From contig OZ059898.1 of NCBI GenBank assembly GCA_964057225.1, forward strand, positions 5,642,001-5,706,000: a stretch of 64,000 nt of DNA, written 5' to 3'. Source of the stretch: Auanema rhodensis (Eukaryota; Animalia; Nematoda). A model generated the notes under the pieces. It was not told the DNA's origin. It was given only the letters and a program-made list of their open reading frames with translations, and did not search any database. Of the stretch, positions 1 through 11,434 are shown piece by piece. Every line of letters starts with the position of its first letter. The stretch's first letter is position 1. The position numbers were made by a program, and so were the translations under genes.

Positions 1-613
1 GTATTCGAAAAAATGAAATTTATTTTATTTTAAGCGGAAGAAAGATTTTCATGACCAGGCTATTCTGAGAGGTCATTGAAAGTTTAAAAAAAGGAAATGG
101 AATGAATAGAAAGAAAGAGCTGCAAGCAAGACGTAGAAAAAATAAGTTTTAGATGGCTCAGCTTCTATCATCCTCATCTGATTAGTTTACTCTATTGAAT
201 TTTACTTTTCATTCTCTAATGAGCTTAATATGGATATCAAAAGAATAATCTGACTTAGAAGGGCTCATATGAAAGAAGAAAAGAATTTGTATGTTGGCAG
301 TTGGTAGAGATAATAGAGGAGAAACGAGAACAAGCAAAGAGGATTGTGGGGGGGGGGCAAGAGGAAGGGGGCATTTCGATAGAATAATTTGAAGAATTTT
401 TTTGGTTTCATACTGAATACTAAATGAAAAACATTTAGAATGAAACTGAATATTCAATGATTACTATTATGTTACAAAACAGATTTTTGTCACTGAGTAG
501 ACTATATTTTGAAATAAAAAAAGTTATTTTTATTGAAATATTTATTATTCTTTATTGTATTTCATAGACTAAAACTACATTTCATATTCATAACGAACTA
601 TATAGCTTGCTTC

Positions 614-627
614 GTTGCCATGGTAAA
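614..627. promoter_or_regulatory. X-box (RFX/DAF-19)-like site, or ATG micro-exon plus splice donor
   Basis: GTTGCCATGGTAAA matches 13 of 14 positions of GTHNYYATRRNAAC, about 240 bp upstream of the exon at 861. The same bases read ATG|gtaaat, which would splice in phase 0 to GCA at 861. Confidence 0.4.
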
Positions 628-860
628 TTCTCTCACTCATCAGCCTAAAGAGAAAAAGATTAATCTCAAACTTAAATAAGTGAATGAACAAGATTTTCAA
701 TTAGGAGCTGCAAGAAATAATTAATTCAATTTCTAGTCTTAACGTTAAAAAAAGAACAATTGATAGTGGTATTATACATATATCTAAATATAGCTATGTG
801 GTTTTGAAACAAGAAAAAAACGTTTATTTTCTCAGCAAAATATTTTTTTTAATATTTCAG

Positions 861-2200
861 GCATATGATTACTCAGAAGAAATAAGCCAACATCAAAATT
901 CTAAGCGTGATAATCAATCTCCTACACTTGTGAAACAGAAAACAATCGAAAGTGTTCGATTTGTGATTGAACCTACAGAAATTGAAGATAATGTTGAATA
1001 TAGAAGTCCCTCGACTTCTGAAATATCGGGATCTTCAACTTCGGAACGGCTATCGTGTTCACCTACAGCTGCCGGCGGATTTGCACATCCTATTGTTGGA
1101 TATCAAGCTGCATCTGGTGGCAGTGGAATGACTTCAACTGAATCTGTAGAATCGAATGGTATATGGATGAAGCAGATTAACTCAGAAGCAGATGTAGTAC
1201 CTGTTAATAACCAAACTGAAGTGGTCAATGAGCCAGAACGAGAAAATGAAATATCTAAAACGGAAAATGAGCATTTACAGAATATTGTTCGAACTATCAT
1301 TCAGATTTTGTCATCACAATTTCAATGTGCCACTGTACTTACACTTGACATAGGTAACAGGTATGTGCTTCTTTATTTTTTAAAAAAGAAAATTCTTTTA
1401 GTGTAATTCTTAAAATAAGGGGTTTCGAAATTTTACATACCATTTGCTCTATCAACGTGTAATTATAAATGTTTTCGAATAACAACCTTCCCATCTAGCA
1501 GTTTCTTTTTCCTTTCTATATTACAAAAAAAATACTTTTGAGATTCAATCACGAGGGGTTAAAGGTAACCCAAATGAACAGTTGTTGCGTTGATAGAATA
1601 GTCACAAAAGTAAAAGATGTAGGAAAGATGAAAATCTTTTACGAGAAACAAAAAGGCCAGCAGCCGTCTCTCTGCAATTACAATAAGTGAGAGAGAAAGG
1701 CTGAAGATAGAGACAAGAAAAAGCAACAGTTGACGTTTTGGAGATTAGGCGACGAATAAGACCGGATAGATGAGAAAACAGCTTCCTTTTCATTTCGCAT
1801 ACAATTGCTCAACCAAATACTTCTCTATAGTTGAGAAAAAGGGATAATGAATGGGAAAAAAGGGAGTAAGGGAGTGGGGAAGTAGACAATTCCGATAACA
1901 TTTCCAAGTAAAAATTTTTTTTCCAAAAAAAAAGAAAGTTTTATAGTAAATCCTATAACATTCTCAATTTTTAGCTTGCGAGACCTCATAGTAGCATTAG
2001 CAAGACAACATTTCCAGCGAGTTCCAACAGATCTTTTGCATTCTCAGTTAGGTTCTGTTGTTTTAGATGTTGTAAATCCATACTTGGATATGCCAATTCA
2101 ACCAAATCGGAAACAATTTCTTAGAGAATTATCTGTTATACTATATAATGAACTGTCATTTTTCCATATTTTAAATTCTGTACAATCAATACCTGATTAA
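861..2200 (+). CDS. PCM1 C-terminal-domain-like protein (exons 861-1360 and 1975-2200; 5' end uncertain, possibly ATG at 620-622 or outside the window)
   Basis: Acceptor atttcag|861; donor AG|gtatgt after 1360; acceptor ttttag|1975. The phase-2 junction AG+C gives Ser in frame, with stop TAA at 2198-2200 and AATAAA just after. The spliced C-terminus ...NIVRTIIQILSSQ...GNSLRDLIVALARQ...LLHSQLGSVVLD...FLRELSVILYNELSFFHILNSV aligns by eye with recalled vertebrate PCM1 (...IKAIMKEVIPFL...SVRRMVLTLTQQ...FFHKQLGSILQD...LLVEISEVLFNELAFFKLMQDL). Confidence 0.75.
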
Positions 2201-2313
2201 TTATAAATAAATTGAATGTATTTGTAAAATGCATTTATAATAATATAGTATATATAAATAATTGATGAATAAAGATTTAGAAATTCTACAATTTTTTGAA
2301 AAAATACAAATAT

Positions 2314-4266
2314 TCAATTCCGAAGTATTTGGAAAGTATATGGTTTTACATTATTCTTAGTTAAATAATCTTTCATTAATAACAAAACATTCTCTTTGCT
2401 TGCCTGAAATTATAAAATAAATAATTAAAAAGAAAAAGAATTATATATTCAAACTTTTAAATTGATATCCAATTGTAGAAAAGATTCATTTATATTTTCT
2501 ATCATTTTAGTTTTGATTACATATCCAATATAATGTGGATGATCTGTTATAATGGAGCGAAGACAAGCTATAGATCTTTCCACAATTCGAATATCATTAG
2601 AATTGAGTAAAAATGGAAAAATAGTTATAATTCCTATAAATGTTATGATCATTAATCTTTGAAAAAAAAGATCAATGTTATACCTGCTGCAACTAGATAT
2701 GAATTTCTTTCTGGACTAGCAGCAGTGAGCATATTAGCCAATGTCCATAAACATTCCTATGTAAAGTTCTTTAAAAAATTATTTTTTCTCATATATTTGA
2801 TACTTTCTGCATTTTATTATCATTTGCATCATCAGCTGCTCCTCTCATTATATGCTTGAAGATTTGATTATCTTCAAAGAGACAATCAACATGATTTACA
2901 TTTCCGGCGGCAACATTTGAACAAATCCAAGCAGCTTCTCTGCTTAAATATCGCAAAGGAGATTTCAATGCTTTCAGCTATAAATAATTAACTTATTAGA
3001 ATAAATATATAATCAATATTAACAATAGTGTTATAGAATTGTGGATGTGATAATACTACTTCAGTTTGACGATCATTACCAGTTGCTATATTTCCTAATA
3101 TCCTTAAGCATCCGTGCATATAAGTAAGATCATTCTAAATATATGTCAATTAATAAGGAAAGACGAAAGCAAGAATAAAAACCTTATTAAAAAGAATTAC
3201 AATGTGATCTATAAGTTGTTCTTGACTGGTTATTACTTCAATCTATTTTATTTAAATTTATATTATAATAATTCAAATATTAATAACTACCTGTCTTCCT
3301 GTATTCATATCATCAGCTAAAGCAGCTATTGCCCATAAACAGTCTTTTATGATAAAAGGTGATGAAGGAAACATTATCATTGTTTGATGAAAGCCTTTAA
3401 CTAATTCAACAACAACCTTAAACATATCAGCAACACAGGATGCTTGAAAGAATTTCTCACCATTATCGGAAGATTTGTAATTCCACCACGTACTATGTTT
3501 AGAGCGCACCATACTATGTTTCGAACAACTTTAACCTCTTTTCCATATTCTTTAGATAATAATATATCTCCTATTAACTATAACAAAATTAATGTAAAAT
3601 TGAATATAAATATACTTCTAGAATTGGGTTATCTCTACATTTTTGTTTACAATCACTACAATCTGCGGCTACGTTACCTACAGCCCAAAGTGCTTGAGCT
3701 CTTAATTGACTTCCACGCGGGCTGACCAATGCCAATTCGAATAGGGTCGCAACGGCATTCTAAAATTAATTTTTCAAATACTTAAAAAATATTTCAACTA
3801 CTTGTTCAACAATCAAATGACACATATCATTGGAAATACAAGCTAAATTGGTTAAAATCCAGGCTGCATCAACTAATCTAAGCTCATTTCCTCCATCACT
3901 ACACAGTTCCAATGATTCACCTTCTATATATTCCAATAAACTACTAATCTGAATTTTAAGATTAATTAAGAAAATAATCCAAGCATGTTCAAATCACAAG
4001 CTTTGAATAATCTGATATTTCAGCATTTTGTTCTTCAGACGAGAAGGCCTGACGAAAATAAAGAATAGCAGACTCCTGATTATAATAATTTCAATATTTC
4101 AAAATGTCATTATAATTACTTACTTTTGCAGCTTTTGATGTATTTTCTGTTAATAAACTTAAATAGTTAGCAGTTTCCGATATAGTATTAATTTTCTTCA
4201 TTTATATATGAATAATTAATATATTTGATGATTTCTTACCGTATATGATGAAGTATGTCTACTCAT
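2314..4266 (-). CDS. Divergent importin-alpha-like armadillo-repeat protein, multi-exon
   Basis: Spliced exons give successive ARM helix-3 motifs: AAWILTNLA, ALWAVGNVAAD, IVWCALNIVRG, CLWAIAALAD, LRILGNIATGNDRQT, REAAWICSNVAAGN, ECLWTLANM. These match the importin-alpha WxxxN series. ATG at 4266 follows an acceptor-like ttttgaag; the last exon ends ...YTFQILRN TGA (2316-2314). The first-exon junctions are less certain. Confidence 0.85.
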
Positions 4267-4793
4267 AGCTTCAAAATAATATCCGACCAATTACAACAGA
4301 AATGGAGACGTGAATGAGACATGTGATCACGTGTTAAACGTGAATTATCTTGTATTTATGAAATATATTTATAATTACCTTTTTGGAATTTCTATATAAT
4401 AATAATTTAAATATAGTTATATAAGTAATATTTATTTTTTTAATTCTATGAAAACTACATAGAATTCGATTGTCCCGCACATCAAAAGTGACGAAATGTA
4501 TGAAAAAATCATAATGGCAATGTATTGAGTAGCACAGACAAAAAACTTTTCAAAATGAAAAAACAAACATCTGTACAAAGCAAAATGTTAAGAAATATAT
4601 AAATTATATATATATAAATATATTAAATTCTATTTTTTTTGAAAAGAAAATATGAAAAGCTAAGAATTGTTGGTTATGAGAGAAAAAATTAATTAAAGAA
4701 TTACATTAATCAGATCATGTTGTCAGTGGAATGTAAGTCTTATGTTGACTTTAAAAGGCACAATATGCTTATTAACTGACCATTTGATGACAT

Positions 4794-7700
4794 TTACAAA
4801 ATAAGTTTGGTCAAGAGGGCAACAAGAAGTACACTCATCGTTGATGTGTATGGAGAAGATTTTACTGTTGTTGTAGCAGCAGTAGTGGTAGTAGTTGAAG
4901 TGGATGTTGTAATATCTTTTGGATGATGCATGGTCGTATGATCCATATCTGATGAAGCTGGAGCTGGGGTTGTATCATCCTTAATTATAACTTGAGGATC
5001 TGCATCACGAGATTCTTCAAGAATATTTGATGGTTCATCCTGTAAGTAAAAATTATTTTAAAGCATGTTATTAATGATTTTAATTATACCTTAGATACAG
5101 GAGATGTAATAATACAGCTGGAGTTGTATGATTGAGCCCATTGAATGTGAATTCCGTACACATGGAGTAAAGCATCATAGCCGCATTTCTCCTCCAATTC
5201 GTCAGATGCACAGTTAAGAATTTCATTCATACTGTAAATATATTTTATATATTACTAAAGATTCGATTGAATACTTACATTGGGCACATATCAGTTGTTG
5301 CTTCCTTGGATAAAGGATCAACACCTCCAATCTTTTCAATACATTTACGTCCAGTAGGAGAGTTAGTATAGTCAGAAAGACATTTACCATATTGAACTTG
5401 ATCTTTCTTAGTTACAGGCCTAAAAATAATTAAAAATGAAATTATATTATTGTAAATTGAAACATACTTGTTACAAATGCTATCCATAAGCATGATATTA
5501 GCAGAACTGACAGGCTCAAATTTACATTTCATCTTTTCAATACATGGTCTGTATTTAGAATCAAAAGCATGACAGAAGGATTCTAATTGATTTCCATCAC
5601 TATAAAATAATTTTTTTATTAAAAATTAAAAATTAGTTGGTATTCTTACGCAATGATAGAAATAGGTCTGAAGCTGAAAGTATCGAGTGAGCTTTCACAA
5701 TCCAAATATTGAACAACATCTTCTTCTGAACATCCAGTTAACAAGTCAACAGTTGGAGCAGAAATCTAAAAATAAATTATATTGTTTATGTCATATCAAA
5801 TTATAGCTAATATAATATAATTTAAAATATTAACCGAGCATTTGTGATCATTGATACGTCCATAGTCAGACATAACATCGTATGAATATTCCAATGCAGC
5901 TTCTCCACATTTAGACATAACCTATAAGAAAATTGATTTATAATATGATAAACTTTATTAGATTTACCTCTTTAGCCATGCACTTAGCAGCATTGTTAAG
6001 AGAATCGCAACGCCCAGCGGGGGTAGATGAAATGAATTCAGACATGCAGGACACACCCTGAATTGATTCAAATTTATAAGTAAAAATCAAAATCAAAATG
6101 AATACCATTTGACTAGTAGCAACAGCCTTGAGACAAACTTTATGATGATCAAAAGCAAGTTTAGTGTTACAGATCTTTTGCATCATTTTCTTCAAAGCAA
6201 TATGTTCAGGTATAGCACAAATTCTGGTAGAAACAGAACATTCATCCATTTTCATAACATCTTCGCAAATCTAAAAAGCATAATTAATAATTATTTTTAT
6301 AATAAATTATTATTACCTGGTCCATATTATCAATTTCGTTAATGAGAACCATTGGTAGCATACGGTACTTGGAATAGAACGGTCTTGTACATTCCTCATA
6401 TGATTTCAGTTTTTCCTCATCACACACAGGTAACTGTAATTAGTAACAGTTAGAAAAAAATTTTGTTCAAGTTATTTTACCTTTGGTTCAACCTTTTCAG
6501 GAACTGGATGAGCATTAACTGGAACAATTGGAGAGGCGGAAATAGGACACAAATCTGGTGAAGACATTGCACGGAGGACCTATGTTTTAGATTTAATCTT
6601 TGAGCATCTTTCAAAAAACTCACGTTTATTGGCTTTTCACCACATTTTTCACGAACAATATCTTCTGTACAGTCAACGAACTTTGGCAGAACATTGCGGA
6701 ATGAAGAAAGAGTAAATTGCTTTACAGTTGATATGGTGGATCGAATACATTTAGCGAATGTGGGCTCTTGAATCTAAAATAGAAAAAATAAGAATTTGGT
6801 AGAATATGTAATGAACCTGTCCGAAAACACAGCTCAAGTTATCATCAATAGCCTTGGCTGGATCTGGCTGATCACAAATTCCATTTCCAGCTTGAATCAT
6901 GCAACTGGATACAACACATGGTGTTCTTCCAGATAACAAGAATGAAGCACAAGTACGGAATTCATCTAAATAACATGATGAAAAAATGAATTAACAGAGG
7001 ATGTTACCTGTCAAATTACATCCACCAGCAAACACAGGTGCAAGACTGTTAATGTTTTTAATCATTGACTGTAATCCACCTTGGAATAATTCTTCCATTC
7101 TGGATCCAATATCATTAAGTGGAGCTCCGCAATGCTCAATAATAGCTTCCTCTTCGGCACTACATCCAACTCCAACAATCTTTCCAATTGGGAGTTGACT
7201 AGCAAGCTTGCAACGGTTATCAATAGCAGTAGCAAACTTAGTGACGTAGCTAGTAATCCAGGACGAAGCTTTCTCTCCACATTCAGTCTGAATATAACAT
7301 TTATAAAAAGGAAGAAAATTTTATAACCAATACCTGAATTGTTGATATAGAACAGCTGAGAAGTCTGTTAGCTGATAAACAAGCTTGAGTTGGAGCTCCG
7401 CGCGAGAAGCTAGAAACACAAGCAGCAACAACATCACCTTGTGAGGTCTTACGGAGACATTGACGAATCTGAAAAAACAAACAAACGTAACCAAAAGAAA
7501 TGAAGAAAAAATTATTGGAAACCAATTTTCCCTTTAGTATAAAATATATTTTTTAGGTTAACTGACCTATTTTGGAAATAGGTCATGTCGTGTGCCAATT
7601 ATCGATATTTTAAATGTTTAAATTGGCATTCGCCTTTTCACGTGATTGAGTTGGTTTCAAAGAAATATTTTTTCAAATTTAAATGATTATTCACCTGTTT

Positions 7701-10700
7701 GTATTCTTCGGCTCCATCTCCACAAGCGTATTCAAACATGGCAGTCATTCCCTTAGCCCATAATGGATGACATGGAACTTCAGCAGAACATTCCTTCAAT
7801 GTTGATCATAAGAAAAATTGTATTCAGAGCCTAAAGGAATACCTTGAATTCCGCGAATGCTGCACAAGCTTCATCAATTTGTCTTGGCATCTTAATCACT
7901 GATAAAGGATGTGGTTGGAAAGCTGTAAGTGGCTTAACGCAAGATTCGAATCTGAAATTCAATTATGTGTTCGAATATACATGAAACTTTAATTACTTCT
8001 TCTGCTGATCAGGAGTGCAGAGAGGAGCAGGTGGTGGTCGAGAAACTGGAGCAGAGGTAGTGAGTGGAGCCAATGGACGAGCTTTTGGTAATCTGAAGTT
8101 AGTTATGGTAATTTTCATTTAATAAATAATTAAAATATATAAAATGTTTTAAGCTTACTGTGGAACAACTGGATCTGGTCTTTTAACTGGACGAGCAATG
8201 ATCTCGTCCAAGTTAGATGGAGCAACAGTTGGGCATCCTTCTTCTTCACCCAAAGATGTCATCTGAATAAAATAAGTTTGTTATAATAATCACATAGTTA
8301 AACTTACATCATTTTTCAATTTTCTCAAGTCAGTTAAGGCTTCAGAAGAGCATGTTTGTTCAACAGCTTTTTCTCCACAGGAGAATGTTTCACGAATCAA
8401 ATAGAAGGACTTGCAGAGTAAAGCTTCTCCATGAATACCCTTAAAAGAGAAAACATTAATTAATTATATTGTATTTTATGAAAACCTGAAGCATCATGTT
8501 AACACTGTTTCCAAGATTGGAAAGACCACTTTGACAGTTAGTGTTTTGGTTGCTCTTTGCTGATAATTCTTGAAGACATGGACGATGTTTTGCTAACAAG
8601 GGACGAGAATCAAGAGCGCAAATTGGAGATAAACCAATTCTGAATTGATATATACTTATATACTAAATATTCTACTCAAAGTTACCTTGCTAATGTATTT
8701 AAAGGAGAAGCAAATGAACATCTCTTATTATCTTTGAAAACATTAGCATGAAGGCATTTCTCATAACGGTAAAATTGTTCACAAATGTTGGTAACAACAG
8801 TAGAATTTGGTGTTGCAACCTGAACATAATAACTGAATTTATGAATCGTTTTTCACTTTTCCTACCTCCAAAAGGAAATTCAAGTTTTGGAATTGAGAAA
8901 GCTGCTTGTTGATCTCAATAAGTTCGACGAGACAAGCCAAAGCGGCATTTTCCTAAACAAAAATGATAAATAATATATTTTATAGTTAATTTGTATTATA
9001 TAAAAAAATATTATACAAACCTGATCATCTGTGCACTTTGGCAATTGTGATTGAAGGTGGAATTCACCATCATCTAAGTTGACATGTTGGGATTCATTCT
9101 TCTCTTGCTCATTGAAGCATTTTTTCTCAATGATAACATCATTGATCTTCTCTTGTAAGTCGATAACCATATTTTGGCTTTCAACTTCACAAGCGTCATT
9201 CATTGTGACAATGGCGCAATCAAGATTTGAATTAAATGCTTCTAAGGCTTCACATTCGTTCTTGGCATCCTAAAAAGCAAAATATAATCATAATTGACAT
9301 TCAGAGAAAATTATTCGTACAACTTACCCTGATATTGCATTTTTCTTTTTCCAAAGTAGCTTGGAAGCAATCAGAATGCTTAGCAATGTCATCTTGCATT
9401 TCGCAGAGCTTTTCAGCTACGGCTTTAAATGGAGATTTAGAATAGTCCGAAGAGCAAACATCATAAATATAGTACATAGAGTTAACAGCATCAGCCATGT
9501 TAATAGAAAGTGTCTGAAAAGGTTGGTTCAAACTTCGCATACTTTTGGGAAGTTTCATACTTTAGCTGTAGTTGTTTCAGCCGCTTCAGTTGTGCTCTGA
9601 GCATCGGTTGAGCGAGCTTCATCTTCATCTATAACTGGAACTGGGGCTACAGTAGAAGTCTGAAAAATATCAACTTTTAATTTGTTGTTTCAAAAAAATG
9701 AGGTTTTGAAAGCGACCAGTTTGTTCAATAAATAAATGAAAAATAATGTCGCTGTTACGTGAATTCACGCAACGATCCAAACAAGATACTCACAGCGACG
9801 TTCATGGAAGAAGCAGCTGGAACAGCAGGACAGCGGATAGCTTGAGTAATATGCTGAGATTCCTCTAAGACAGGAGGAAGCATTTCCAAAGCATCGGAAC
9901 TACACTTATTAGTAAATCTGAAAACAAATTGAATTATATGAATTGGTAAAGCTATATTTGAATTACGTTTGGATGCATTCAACATCTTGAGCAATAGATG
10001 AAACTAAACGACAGAATGGTGAAGCAGTTTCATCAAATCTAAATCAAAAATATTATATGTTGACAACGTTTTAGGTAAAGCTTCTAACCTAACAAAGCAT
10101 TGAGTATCACGTCCAGCTCCGAAACAGCTGTCATATTCACGTACAGTAGGCAATACAAGCTGACAAGCATAAACTTCAACGTCTCTCCAAGCAACAACAC
10201 CAGCATCAGGTTGACAAGCTGGTGATGCTCCTTGAATACAGATGTTATATTCTTCCATTAAAGAACATCCACGTTCAACTTTCTCTTGCCTTAAATATCA
10301 TAATGCTTTATAACAAAAAACTTGATATAAAGGAAAATACATTTGTTTGTTAGCCAAGAAAGATGAATTCTCAAAATATATATCATTAATTTCGTGAATA
10401 AAGAGAAGAATTGGTTCAGAACATTCATCAATACGAAGCTGATGTTCATATGGACACTCTTGCTCAGCAGTAGGTGAAGAAGCTGATGCTGATGTAGTAC
10501 TGCCACTAGTGCTACTAGTAGGAGCTTGGCTGGATTCTGAAAATATTTTGATTTGAAACTTTTTGAATATTATTATCAATCCAATTAAAATTGTATGAAT
10601 TTGATCCCAATTACAAAATGCTTTATCAATCTATATGCGAAATAAATGTAATGATCAACATCACCATCGTAATTAGTTGTTGACATGAATGATTTCTTCT

Positions 10701-11434
10701 TTACTAATGATGAAACGAAATGATAAAGACATTTTGATAATGAACAGTCGGATATGACATATAGTCTAAGAAGATACATGTACATCGATAGATGTATGCA
10801 CATATACATATACTCAATATCATTTTTAGAATATGTTTGGGGTAAAGAGATAAATATGTCTGTGGATAATCCAGATAGTTTACCTGAGGTCATCGGAATT
10901 GTATCCTCTTCGTCCTCTTTGTCGTCTTCCCGCATTACTTCCGGATGAGAGGACGTTGGGGATTGCGTAACGATTTCATCAAATGGATCAACTGTGTGAT
11001 GGTGATGAGCTGCTGGTCCCGTTTCATCCGATCTGAACATATAGTGAATATTCCATAAAAATTTTCTCTCAAACAATGGATATTGTGTGGTATACAAGAA
11101 AATATTTTTCCATTTTTTCCTTCGTCAATTATTTGATTTTCGTATACTTTTTGCCAAACCGATAACCCAAATACATAGGTCTGGTCACGAAAAAAAATGG
11201 TTTATAATCGGTAATGCGAAATCTGACACACGATAGCTAATCGAAGAACAAAAACATAAAAAGAATATTTTAGATTACCAACCTATCATCACAATCTGGC
11301 TCACCATCTCCTACCCAATCTTCGGGAATGCAAGTTCCGTCTTTGCAGGTAAAGGTGTTTGGTGGACATTCCGCAACTATCAGGCACATGTTGGCCAGAA
11401 GAACGGCTGACAACAAGGTCAGCCGGATATTCAT
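4794..11434 (-). CDS. Secreted, probably GPI-anchored protein: signal peptide, LDL-A module, about 7 Cys-rich (CPG4/DUF19-like) repeats, Thr-rich stalk; many exons
   Basis: Starts [54 protein letters not shown] (ATG 11434, acceptor ttacag just upstream). Repeated Cys-rich helical units follow (e.g. CTPDQQKKFESCVKPL, CSEEDVVQYLDCESSL, CDEEKLKSYEECTRPF) with P/T linkers. Ends TTTTAATTTVKSSPYTSTMSVLLVALLTKLIL TAA (4796-4794). The repeat family name is inferred from Cys spacing. Confidence 0.85.
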
